Assembly (NCBI GenBank): GCA_018093385.1
Contig: GCA_018093385.1_4808.1
Reading direction: 5' to 3' (one strand)
Length of the DNA: 64,000 nt
Source of the DNA: a phage
In this document: positions 55,708 through 64,000 of the stretch, piece after piece
How the letters are laid out: each line of letters opens with the position of its first letter
How positions within the stretch are numbered: the first letter of the stretch is position 1
Position numbers and translations under genes: made by a program
Notes under the pieces: model-generated
Databases searched by the model: none
Told to the model about the DNA's origin: nothing
Seen by the model: the letters and a program-made list of their open reading frames with translations, nothing else

Positions 55708-56790
55708 ATGGCTAGTTTAAGAGAAGAAGCAAAAATAATTGAAGAGTTTTTAACAGAACTCCAAAGAGGCATCCCAGAAGATGAGCGCGTCATGACGGTG
55801 TTTGCTCCTGAAGCAACGGTGCAGACTGATGAGCGCGGCAAGAAGATCAACAGCAGCTTCTGGCCTAAGCCTTGGAAGTTGGGCAAGCCGCTCATGCAGC
55901 ACCAAAACGGCTATGCGTGCATCAGTTCAATGCGTAAGGCTCCCAACCCAAAGACGGGTGAGATGCGATACTGGCGTACAGAGTCAGCCTTTGGTCACGG
56001 CATGGCGATGATGGTCGACGACATCGGTCACGGTAAAGGGTCCAAAGGCGATTTAGATTTGGAATTCTTTTTTGAGCGACTGAAGCCGACTGTCATCGTC
56101 GAGACTTCACCGAACAATCACCAGCTTTGGTACTTCTTTAAAGAACCGATTGACCATCTTATTCAGTTCAAAGCGTTCCTTGGGTCTTTCGTTAACATGG
56201 TACTCAAGAAGGGCGGCGACAACACGATTAAAGACGTAACGCGCGTGGGTCGTGTTCCTGGGTGCATCAACAACAAGCGTGTGACTCACGACGGCCCCTA
56301 TAAATATGTCGATGAGAACGGCGACCCGTTCCGCTGCCGACTTGTCCATGCAGACTACTCATTGCGCTACACCATCGAAGACATTTGTCAGGCATTTGGC
56401 TTTCACGTCGTCATGCCGCAAAAGCGTGAAATTCAAATTGACGTTGATGAATACAAATACGACGCTGTTTGGTATAAGATAGCCCAGCAAATCCTTGCGC
56501 GCAATAAGATGGGCGAGGGGTCTGATGGCGATGTTGTTGAAAACATGTCGGGCAAGTGCCGCATCATCTGTCCTTGGGGTGAAGAGCATACCAACGGCGA
56601 CCCGTATGGCGCTTACTTTCGCGGCCCTATCCCTGGTGCAGAACATGAGTTTGTGTTCGGTTGCGCTCACGACTGTCACCGGAAAGGGGAAGGCAAGAAA
56701 GGTTGGACTGCTTTTGTTGAAGCAATCGTCATGCCTTATATTGAGAATCAACTTGACATGATAAATCGTCGTGCAGGTGGCATAAAATAG
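55708..56790 (+). CDS. Primase-polymerase (archaeo-eukaryotic primase-like) with Cys/His-rich C-terminal region
   Basis: Motifs MVDDIG, SPNNHQLWYFF, RVPGCINNK; C-terminal CPWGEEH...CAHDCH. Confidence 0.6.
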   Translation: MASLREEAKIIEEFLTELQRGIPEDERVMTVFAPEATVQTDERGKKINSSFWPKPWKLGKPLMQHQNGYACISSMRKAPNPKTGEMRYWRTESAFGHGMAMMVDDIGHGKGSKGDLDLEFFFERLKPTVIVETSPNNHQLWYFFKEPIDHLIQFKAFLGSFVNMVLKKGGDNTIKDVTRVGRVPGCINNKRVTHDGPYKYVDENGDPFRCRLVHADYSLRYTIEDICQAFGFHVVMPQKREIQIDVDEYKYDAVWYKIAQQILARNKMGEGSDGDVVENMSGKCRIICPWGEEHTNGDPYGAYFRGPIPGAEHEFVFGCAHDCHRKGEGKKGWTAFVEAIVMPYIENQLDMINRRAGGIK

Positions 56791-56848
56791 TTTGCTTTTA
56801 TTTTCATAGCAACTATAATCATTTTATGAACTGAAGCAGAGGTGATTC

Positions 56849-56995
56849 ATGCAAAGCGAAGAATTGAACATCGAGGTTGAATGTCTGTTAAAGTCGTTAG
56901 AACCTAAACCAGCAGAGCTTCCGACCCTTCAAGGCGTCATGGCTCACCATCAAGCGGCTGCGGCCAAACACTACTCTGAATTTGTTAAGGAATAA
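56849..56995 (+). CDS. Small hypothetical protein (48 aa)
   Basis: GAGGTG SD; below ORF-track cutoff. Confidence 0.35.
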   Translation: MQSEELNIEVECLLKSLEPKPAELPTLQGVMAHHQAAAAKHYSEFVKE

Positions 56996-56998
56996 AAG

Positions 56999-57289
56999 AT
57001 GAACGAACCAAAAATGATGACCGTTGAAGAAGCGCAAAAGCTTCGTGTTGAAAACGAGCTTAAGCTTGTCAACCAGATTCTCCCCTTGTTTGCAGGATAC
57101 GCAGTGGAGGAAGTTGTTGGTGCAATCCTTAACGTATCCACGCATGTAGCTATGAATCTTCAGGCCGAGCGATTCAACACGCTGCTGACTATTAAAGACC
57201 TTACAGTCAGTGCAACGTTCACAGTTGAGCCAGTCAATTTTGACGAAGCTTCAGCCGCGATTCAACAGCAAAGAGATCAAGAGGTGTAG
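56999..57289 (+). CDS. Hypothetical protein
   Basis: 96 aa, AAGGA SD. Confidence 0.5.
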   Translation: MNEPKMMTVEEAQKLRVENELKLVNQILPLFAGYAVEEVVGAILNVSTHVAMNLQAERFNTLLTIKDLTVSATFTVEPVNFDEASAAIQQQRDQEV

Positions 57290-57290
57290 C

Positions 57291-57554
57291 ATGGGTGCTT
57301 TCCGTAACGAGTTCATCTGGAACGTTACCAGCAATCTCTCGACTTGTCCTAACTGTGCGAGCGATGTTATCAAGGTGCGGCAGCATCGCAACGCGGAGGA
57401 AGGTGCCTGGGAAGATGGCGACCTTGTAGAGTGCCAGTGCTGCTCTCATGAAGGTGTTGTGGAACTTCACGCTGGCGAAGGTTGTCCACCAGCAGAACGT
57501 ACAGCACGCGTTGAATGGGATGCAACAGACTCCATTGGTGATCCTCAACAGTAA
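57291..57554 (+). CDS. Small zinc-ribbon protein
   Basis: CPNC ... CQCC pairs; AGAGGTG SD. Confidence 0.45.
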   Translation: MGAFRNEFIWNVTSNLSTCPNCASDVIKVRQHRNAEEGAWEDGDLVECQCCSHEGVVELHAGEGCPPAERTARVEWDATDSIGDPQQ

Positions 57555-57673
57555 ATTTAGGTATAGATACTTATGAAAGCCGTAAAGAAATACACATTAA
57601 TCATTTCCCTTGTCATCATCCTGGGGCTATTATATGTATTGGATATGGCATATTATTTGGCAGGGGTGAGTGG

Positions 57674-57964
57674 ATGAATATTGTAATTCTTTATGGTGAA
57701 AATATCAGCGATGACGACATCGAAGTTGCCGTTGATGTTTACGGTATCGATGAGGTGAAACGTGTTGAAGAAATTAGTGGCGCAAATCTCAATGAGATTG
57801 TCAAAGAGGCTGGCTGTCCTTCGGAAGAGATTCTGGTGGTTACTAACGATGACCTGTCTTCTATGGATCATTTGCGCCGCATCTTCACCGATTGCCAATA
57901 CCTTCATGCTGTTCAATCAGTAAACAAATTGAGAAAGGCATACGCCAACCAATTTCCTTGCTGA
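57674..57964 (+). CDS. Hypothetical protein
   Basis: 96 aa. Confidence 0.45.
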   Translation: MNIVILYGENISDDDIEVAVDVYGIDEVKRVEEISGANLNEIVKEAGCPSEEILVVTNDDLSSMDHLRRIFTDCQYLHAVQSVNKLRKAYANQFPC

Positions 57965-58015
57965 TAGTTCACCAGTTATATTGCTTTAAATTGAGTTTTA
58001 CTATATTAATATACA

Positions 58016-58040
58016 ACGCCAGATTTCTGGCGTTTATTTA
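58016..58040 (+). terminator. Rho-independent terminator (ACGCCAG-ATTT-CTGGCGT, T-rich tail)
   Basis: 7-bp stem plus TTTATTT. Confidence 0.6.
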
Positions 58041-58100
58041 CCGCACCCTGAAAGGATATATCCATGCAACAATATAACAAAGCCGTATCAGGAGGATTAA

Positions 58101-59771
58101 ATGTCAATTAATAATGACAATCTTCCAGAGGATACAGGTGATGAATTTGGTGCAATCTTTGACGAAATTCAAGATGCAGGCGTTTCGGAAGAAATGCAGG
58201 CAGCAGAGCAGCAAGGCACCAGAGCTAAAATCAGCCTTCAACATAAAGCTGTTGAAAAAGATTCAGAGCGCATGGAATGCTACGGTGAAGAAGACTTGGT
58301 TGAAAGAGCACGCTTGCTCGCCTCACTTCAGGTAATCAAGTTCCCTCACTACAAGCCTACCAAAGATGACTTCGTTCTACAGGCAGACCGGACGAGTGAC
58401 ATGAACCGTTATGCGGTGTTCGACGCGTTGTTTGATAAGGGAAGTGGCGTCGTTCCATTCCCTCACAAAGATACTTTTCGTGGGCGCTTAGTCGACCATC
58501 GCGGCGAAACATTCACCGACCGTACTTTGGAAGTCACAGAGATAGTTGCCGCTGTCGACGCAGCAGGATTGTCCAACCCAAACTCACGTCAGGTCGCTCA
58601 ATCCTATAAGGAATGGGCCATGCGTTATCAGCGCGACGACCTGATGGACTTCTTCTACAAGAAGCTGCCTGAATGGGACGGTACTGCGCGCATCGAGAAA
58701 TACCTTATCGAGCTATTCCGACCGTTCGATACAGAGTTAAACCGACAAATCGGTGTGTATTTTTGGCTATCGCTCTACAACCGCCTGACCAACCCTGGCT
58801 GTCAAGCGCCAATCTCCATCGCGCTCATCGGCGGCCAGAATGCAGGGAAGAGTTATTTTAGCAAGCTGCTTTGCGAAGCTATTATGAACGACCGCCACGC
58901 AACACCGATTCCGTTGAACTTAGCCGCGCAAAACTTCAACCCGTTCTTGCGAGCTATTACGGGTCGCTCAATTATCGCGAACGTTGGCGAGATGACAGGC
59001 TTTAAAAAGGCCGACATCGAAAACATGAAAGCATTCCTGACTAAGACGGAAGATGACCTGGACTTCAAATTTGAAGATACGCAGGTTAAACCACGCCAGT
59101 GGATTGCTATCATGGACGGCAACGAATACGCAGGCATGCAGCGTGATGACACGGGCAACCGTCGTGTGTACCCTATCTTTGTTGGCCAACTCGCCGACAA
59201 GGACGGGCAACCGAACTGGTCGAAAGATTTCCAAGCTGACCTTTCCACTTTGAAAGAAGACGTTTGGCAGTTGATGGCTGAGTGCGCTGCATGGATGGAG
59301 AAGCACGGCGAAGCAGGTTACAATGCATTTGTTGGTGAAACATCTCGCATGCTTACTGAGTTTAGTAAGAACGAAATGGAACGTGCGCGCGGCGTTATTC
59401 GTGATGAGATGGTGGACAACGACCTTGTTGAAGTCGTCATCACCGCGCCTTATGACCGACATCACAGCGGACGCTGGCACATCACCAGTGGTGCTATTGC
59501 TATGGGATTCAGAGCGAAGTGTGGCAAGTCGCCTTTCTCTCGTACCCTTGCGCCGCACATGTCGAAGCTTGGTTTTGAGCCTGCAACCTATCGCAACCAG
59601 CGCGGGTACTTTACGCCGCTGATTAAGAATGAAGCAGGAGAATACATTTCTGATTTGATGACCATCTTAGCGTATCTTATCCGCGATGAGTCTGACCCTG
59701 AAGATATTGAATTCTTGAAGAAGGTTATTGAGCGTAAACGTTCTTTGGGAAGAGATAAGGATGAATTCTGA
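58101..59771 (+). CDS. VirE-like P-loop NTPase (primase-associated helicase-like)
   Basis: Walker A LIGGQNAGKS; GGAGG SD; follows primase-polymerase gene. Confidence 0.55.
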   Translation: MSINNDNLPEDTGDEFGAIFDEIQDAGVSEEMQAAEQQGTRAKISLQHKAVEKDSERMECYGEEDLVERARLLASLQVIKFPHYKPTKDDFVLQADRTSDMNRYAVFDALFDKGSGVVPFPHKDTFRGRLVDHRGETFTDRTLEVTEIVAAVDAAGLSNPNSRQVAQSYKEWAMRYQRDDLMDFFYKKLPEWDGTARIEKYLIELFRPFDTELNRQIGVYFWLSLYNRLTNPGCQAPISIALIGGQNAGKSYFSKLLCEAIMNDRHATPIPLNLAAQNFNPFLRAITGRSIIANVGEMTGFKKADIENMKAFLTKTEDDLDFKFEDTQVKPRQWIAIMDGNEYAGMQRDDTGNRRVYPIFVGQLADKDGQPNWSKDFQADLSTLKEDVWQLMAECAAWMEKHGEAGYNAFVGETSRMLTEFSKNEMERARGVIRDEMVDNDLVEVVITAPYDRHHSGRWHITSGAIAMGFRAKCGKSPFSRTLAPHMSKLGFEPATYRNQRGYFTPLIKNEAGEYISDLMTILAYLIRDESDPEDIEFLKKVIERKRSLGRDKDEF

Positions 59772-60418
59772 TGAATAAAGCAATCAACATCGCTAAATTC
59801 TTTCAACATCTTGGTGAACTGAACAAAGAAAGTGACGTTCACGGCGAAGAAATGAACCGAATGATCTCAACCGTGTTGCGCGGCTTTGGTTATGATAAGG
59901 ACTCAATCACTTGCAAGCGCACAAAGCTTGTCGATGAGTCTTATCTTTACTACGTAGAGCTGCGCATTGGGAAAGATGTGATGATCATTGACCCTAAACT
60001 GGAAGGGGCGCACTGTTTTGGCGCTCACCCTCGTGCGAGTGAATTCAAGGGTCGCGGTCGCAACCGAATCCAGAAGCTTGATGATGCAGGCGACTTGAAC
60101 ATTGCAATGTTCCTCAAAGAGTTCCTTGCTCTTCCAAAGGTTGCATCATCCACGGGCCGCGATGACCCTTGCAAGATTGGCTTCAGAACTAAAGATTTGC
60201 GCAATGCGCTACGCAAGAAGGGATTTGTGCCTTCTTATGACAACGTCGCCGCGCTGATGGCTTCAATGGAGGAAGCTGAAGCGATGGACAAGGTGCGCGG
60301 CTATTTCCTGAATACAGGCTTCACCATGTATGAATGGCACACGAAGGGATTGACTGTCGCCGACTTCATCTATTCATTAGAGCAGAAGTATGTACGCAAT
60401 ATGCAGGCCACAGGATAA
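59771..60418 (+). CDS. Hypothetical protein
   Basis: 215 aa, overlapping start. Confidence 0.5.
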   Translation: MNKAINIAKFFQHLGELNKESDVHGEEMNRMISTVLRGFGYDKDSITCKRTKLVDESYLYYVELRIGKDVMIIDPKLEGAHCFGAHPRASEFKGRGRNRIQKLDDAGDLNIAMFLKEFLALPKVASSTGRDDPCKIGFRTKDLRNALRKKGFVPSYDNVAALMASMEEAEAMDKVRGYFLNTGFTMYEWHTKGLTVADFIYSLEQKYVRNMQATG

Positions 60419-60457
60419 TCATCATCAAAATATTTGCTTTTCTGACGAGGTGATATT

Positions 60458-60682
60458 ATGATTAATTTAGACAGGATTGAGTTAGCACTTAGTACCTTAA
60501 TCAAATATTACCAGTTTGCTTTTAAGGCTAGTTTGTTCGGCTTGTTCAATCCTCATCAAGCAGCAAAGGCGCGAAGCAATGCTAACCGCCTGCGCTGTAC
60601 TGGTATAGTTATCCACGACCGGATATTGACAGAGGGTAGATTCAGCCATGAATACACAAGGGAGAATAACAAAGCAACGTAG
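60458..60682 (+). CDS. Hypothetical protein
   Basis: 74 aa, GAGGTG SD. Confidence 0.45.
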   Translation: MINLDRIELALSTLIKYYQFAFKASLFGLFNPHQAAKARSNANRLRCTGIVIHDRILTEGRFSHEYTRENNKAT

Positions 60683-60857
60683 GGCTTTACAAGTCCTCAT
60701 CCACTACCTGTCACGCCTTTATCCAACGGCGCACGAGCAGAATCCATCAACGGGTCACCTGTTTAAGCGCCGTAACCTTTCATTGAAGACATTCGCTTTA
60801 ATCCAATACGACCGCTACCTGGACGGGCGCTACTGCGGCCCGAAGGACTCGCTATGA
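60648..60857 (+). CDS. Hypothetical basic protein (weak)
   Basis: 69 aa, overlaps upstream gene by 35 nt. Confidence 0.3.
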   Translation: MNTQGRITKQRRALQVLIHYLSRLYPTAHEQNPSTGHLFKRRNLSLKTFALIQYDRYLDGRYCGPKDSL

Positions 60858-61132
60858 TTACTACATACAAAGTGTTCTTTGTCAAGTGCACATCATCTAT
60901 TGATGACCAATTTACTGCTGGTAAAAACTATTGCGTGATTTCCAATCCAAATATCGATATAATCTTGAACGATTATGACATCTATGAACCTATGCCAGCG
61001 ACTGCGTTTGAGGTCGTCGGTCATGTGCGACTCAAGACCAATGTCGAAAATATGCACGACCCGTTGTTTAAGAAGCACATTAAGAATGCCATGCAAGACT
61101 TCTGCGCGGCAATGTTTAAATATTATAAGTGA
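60854..61132 (+). CDS. Hypothetical protein
   Basis: 92 aa, AAGGA SD. Confidence 0.45.
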   Translation: MITTYKVFFVKCTSSIDDQFTAGKNYCVISNPNIDIILNDYDIYEPMPATAFEVVGHVRLKTNVENMHDPLFKKHIKNAMQDFCAAMFKYYK

Positions 61133-61140
61133 GTTGAAGA

Positions 61141-61361
61141 TGAGCAAGAAAACCCTTAAGGCTGGCGACCGTATCCGTTGGGTGTCAGGACAGCACATGC
61201 GTGCGGGCACCATCCTTGAGCTGGATGAATACCTTACCGATTCTCGCGGTCGCAATCATTACCGTGTAAGAATCGATACAGTAAAAGAAGATGACAAGTC
61301 AATGGTTGGTGAAGTGGTCATCGTTACTCCACGTCAAATTAAGGCGGCTTGTGAAGCATGA
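61141..61361 (+). CDS. Hypothetical protein
   Basis: Internal ATG of ORF 60975-61361. Confidence 0.4.
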
Positions 61362-61513
61362 ATAAATATCAATTTAGCGATAATAAAATCAGTAAGGCGG
61401 ATGCAATCAAGCAGCTTCGTCGCGTACTTGAAGCCAGCGGCCATACGAAAGAGCGTGCACGCGTCCTAGCCAAAGAACATTATAAACGTTTTGTGTCACA
61501 AATCAGAGGTTAA
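61358..61513 (+). CDS. Small hypothetical protein (51 aa)
   Basis: ATGA-coupled; below ORF-track cutoff. Confidence 0.35.
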   Translation: MNKYQFSDNKISKADAIKQLRRVLEASGHTKERARVLAKEHYKRFVSQIRG

Positions 61514-61515
61514 TT

Positions 61516-62010
61516 ATGATCATCCATCGCCCTTTAATGTTAAAGAAAGAAGAAGCTAAAGAAATTTTACACGCATTGAGACGTGCAGAAGCAGATGTTA
61601 AACTTCGCGTAAAGGTAAGAGGCTTCATTATGAAGCAGTTCGAAAGTGATGATGTTGACTATGCCATTGATGAATTGCTGAAGCGCAACGTCAAGGGTGC
61701 AACAAGACCTATTTACCATCAATCTCGTTGCGTACAAGCTCCTATCAAGACTTATGTTGATAAAAAGCCGCGCCTTAAGCCTGTTCCGGCTGATAAAATA
61801 GAAGTCGGTGATGTTATCGTCTGCGTCTATTACGGCAGTCAGATTTTCAATGCTGTTGTAGTAAGACGATACAGTATAAACGGCTGCCAATACATGGAAG
61901 TGACAAACGCAAAGAAAGAACCTGGCAGCTTGAACGTGGCTTACGCATTAAGGGAATTCAACAGTCCTTCTTGCACTCTTTATAAGGTACTCGACCATGG
62001 CTCATGTTAA
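61516..62010 (+). CDS. Hypothetical protein
   Basis: 164 aa. Confidence 0.5.
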   Translation: MIIHRPLMLKKEEAKEILHALRRAEADVKLRVKVRGFIMKQFESDDVDYAIDELLKRNVKGATRPIYHQSRCVQAPIKTYVDKKPRLKPVPADKIEVGDVIVCVYYGSQIFNAVVVRRYSINGCQYMEVTNAKKEPGSLNVAYALREFNSPSCTLYKVLDHGSC

Positions 62011-62344
62011 AGACGAAGTGTTGTTTGGCGCAGAGATTAAGAAACGTGTCAGAGAAATGGCAGGAGAAGAAAGAGTGAAGTCGCTGCGAAAAGGTTTTGA
62101 TCACATCAACGGCGTATCCGGCACGAAGGAGATGGGCGTGTTGGTAAAAGACATTCGCATTGGCGATGTCATGGTCATCGACCGACAAGCGCGCGTCGTT
62201 ATCCAGGTACAACCGAACGATGATGAAGGATGTGTCCTATTGAAGCTGAAGAAACTTTCATCCAGCCCAGCGAAAGCCGTGATCAAGAAGGTATGGCCCG
62301 AAGGATTACGCAAACTCATCCGTCGACCCGTGGAGAATGTATGA
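61997..62344 (+). CDS. Hypothetical protein
   Basis: 115 aa. Confidence 0.45.
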   Translation: MAHVKDEVLFGAEIKKRVREMAGEERVKSLRKGFDHINGVSGTKEMGVLVKDIRIGDVMVIDRQARVVIQVQPNDDEGCVLLKLKKLSSSPAKAVIKKVWPEGLRKLIRRPVENV

Positions 62345-62580
62345 TGGAAGATTATATCAACGCTATGTATATGGCATTCTATGTCGTGCAACTTCCGAAT
62401 GGCGCGGTATTCTATGGCGAGTATACCTTTGACGTTCAATATGACGTTTCAGAGCGTACAGTGTTAACAAGGGAGTTGATTTCTGACCTTAAGGACGACA
62501 TCAAACGCGTCGCGCGGCAGCAGTTCAATTTGGATGACACCGTCATCGTTCGAATTACCGGAATAACAGAGGTGCAGTGA
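62341..62580 (+). CDS. Hypothetical protein
   Basis: ATGA-coupled internal start of ORF 62230-62580. Confidence 0.4.
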   Translation: MMEDYINAMYMAFYVVQLPNGAVFYGEYTFDVQYDVSERTVLTRELISDLKDDIKRVARQQFNLDDTVIVRITGITEVQ

Positions 62581-62909
62581 TGACCCGTGATCAGATACTC
62601 GCCGCGCATGAGCGTGGATTAATAAAAGAAGTGTGGAAGAAGGCCAATGCTTTTGCTGATTCTTATTACTTCTTAAAGAAGTGCATAAAAGAAAATGCAA
62701 GAATGGGCAACACAGTATTGACTTTTAATCTTCTGTCTTATGGCGAAAAGCTTAATGCAATATATGCTTGTCGACTAGCCAGCATGAAGTTCGATAGAGG
62801 AAATTACGGAGAGTTGACCATCTATCGATTCTCTCACCGGACGGGTGATACAAAGATAACAAGGACGCGTGACCAGATAGAGATTGACCTACTCCACTAT
62901 GTAAAATGA
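62577..62909 (+). CDS. Hypothetical protein
   Basis: 110 aa, ATGA-coupled. Confidence 0.45.
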   Translation: MMTRDQILAAHERGLIKEVWKKANAFADSYYFLKKCIKENARMGNTVLTFNLLSYGEKLNAIYACRLASMKFDRGNYGELTIYRFSHRTGDTKITRTRDQIEIDLLHYVK

Positions 62910-62994
62910 ATATCAAAAAGGTGAGCTAAATGCTTGCCTTTTCTTTTATCAATACTTATACTCTTTTCATCAAGACTAACAAGTGAGGTGAATT

Positions 62995-63312
62995 ATGATT
63001 TACTTAGGAATGGACGAGGGTGCTTACAAAGACCTTTCAAGGGTGCCAAACGTTAAGTTGGACACAGCTGTACACATCAAGCCTTGGCCAATCGCCCACC
63101 CAGACGTTGTTGTCCCAGTCGCTCCTGGCACGCGTTACGTGGCCATTGATGACGACGGAGTCATTCACTGTTATTCGGAAAAACCAAAGTATATAGAGCA
63201 ATATCACGGTTGGTTTTTGGACGAGCGTGCAATGGCGCGTTACTGCGGCGAAGTCGGTCTGGAAGGCTGGAGCTTCGAGGCTAGTGAATCGTGTGTCGAG
63301 GTGCAATTATGA
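62995..63312 (+). CDS. Hypothetical protein
   Basis: 105 aa, GAGGTG SD. Confidence 0.5.
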   Translation: MIYLGMDEGAYKDLSRVPNVKLDTAVHIKPWPIAHPDVVVPVAPGTRYVAIDDDGVIHCYSEKPKYIEQYHGWFLDERAMARYCGEVGLEGWSFEASESCVEVQL

Positions 63313-63527
63313 ACGCCGCGCTGGGTAAGTTGCCATTCAATAAGCGTAATGAGTTGCGCATGGTATCGCGCTTTCAACAAACGCATTTATCACTAATCAA
63401 GATTGCAAACAAGGCATACTCTCTAAATTGTCCTGAAGAAGAATGGAAAGAATTGAATGAGCGTCGTAAACAATTACAACATGCTGCATTCAAGCTGCAG
63501 CAATATGCTATGGAGTATGCAAAATGA
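63309..63527 (+). CDS. Hypothetical protein
   Basis: Internal ATG with GAGGTG SD. Confidence 0.4.
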   Translation: MNAALGKLPFNKRNELRMVSRFQQTHLSLIKIANKAYSLNCPEEEWKELNERRKQLQHAAFKLQQYAMEYAK

Positions 63528-63808
63528 AGATGCAAAGATGTCCCCATTGCTTGTCCACGATGCGGCTTACTGCTGAAGAATATTTACATCACGTTAACGT
63601 TTGTGATGCTAATCCTGAAAACTCGACACGTTACTATTATCATTATCATGCGGAAGCAGAAGACGGCTCAGGCGCAACAGGCATCGTCACTACGAAAGAA
63701 ATGGTGATCACAAAAAAGGCGTATGAAAGCCTGCTGGATACAATCAAGGAAGTGTCTGGCAAAGAAATAGTCTGCATTAAATCTTTATCTTTCTTGCACG
63801 AGGTGTGA
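63524..63808 (+). CDS. Small Cys/His zinc-binding-like protein, paralog 1
   Basis: N-terminus MKMQRCPHC...HHVNVCDANPENS. Confidence 0.45.
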   Translation: MKMQRCPHCLSTMRLTAEEYLHHVNVCDANPENSTRYYYHYHAEAEDGSGATGIVTTKEMVITKKAYESLLDTIKEVSGKEIVCIKSLSFLHEV

Positions 63809-63809
63809 A

Positions 63810-64000
63810 ATGAGAATGAAGCGTTGCCCTTACTGCCACGATGTGATGCACCTTCCACACGAAGAGTTTGTGCAGCACATGACTAACTGTGATAAGAATC
63901 CTAATAGCGAAAGCCAACTTGAAGAAAGAATGTTCTTGGTGTCATTCAAAGCTTCTGCTTATGAAGTGCAACGTTCTTACGGCGCACCAAGTACGATTTA
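63810..64000 (+). CDS. Small Cys/His zinc-binding-like protein, paralog 2 (3' partial at window edge)
   Basis: N-terminus MRMKRCPYC...QHMTNCDKNPNSE parallels previous gene; GAGGTG SD. Confidence 0.4.
   Translation, partial: MRMKRCPYCHDVMHLPHEEFVQHMTNCDKNPNSESQLEERMFLVSFKASAYEVQRSYGAPSTI

Overview
The window reads as most or all of a tailed dsDNA phage genome from a Gram-negative host (sigma70-like promoters, Shine-Dalgarno sites, embedded Rz/Rz1 spanins). Layout: (i) 1-3900, an AT-rich/iteron element, a TerS-like gene inside an array of ten 14-bp direct repeats, and a small island of three paralogous genes each behind a near-identical promoter; (ii) 3896-9230, minus-strand accessory genes plus a tail fibre carrying a C-terminal intramolecular-chaperone domain; (iii) 9408-37961, plus-strand morphogenesis module (large terminase, portal, Mu-F-like head protein, scaffold, major capsid, sheath-like and tube-like proteins, tape measure with lytic transglycosylase domain, baseplate, HxH-repeat tail fibre, GH19 endolysin), interrupted by a 2-gene minus-strand insertion between terminase and portal and by a 560-bp iteron region inside the head gene block; (iv) 37987-55547, minus-strand replication/nucleotide module (ligase, MazG-like, Rz/Rz1, SNF2 helicase, VRR-NUC, DnaE-like polymerase, DnaQ-like exonuclease, Dda-like helicase) enclosing an unusual enzyme island (VOC-fold protein, SDR, HAD, ThyX, secreted protein, FAD oxidoreductase); (v) 55708-64000, plus-strand primase-polymerase, VirE-like NTPase and many small early-type genes. 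No tRNA, rRNA or CRISPR array was recognised. All functional calls rest on motifs read by eye from the translations; no database search was run, and many start codons are uncertain by a few codons. The most interesting candidates are the duplicated iteron element, the 14-bp repeat array, the dyad-symmetric promoters, the enzyme island, and a pyrophosphatase-like motif at the portal C-terminus.
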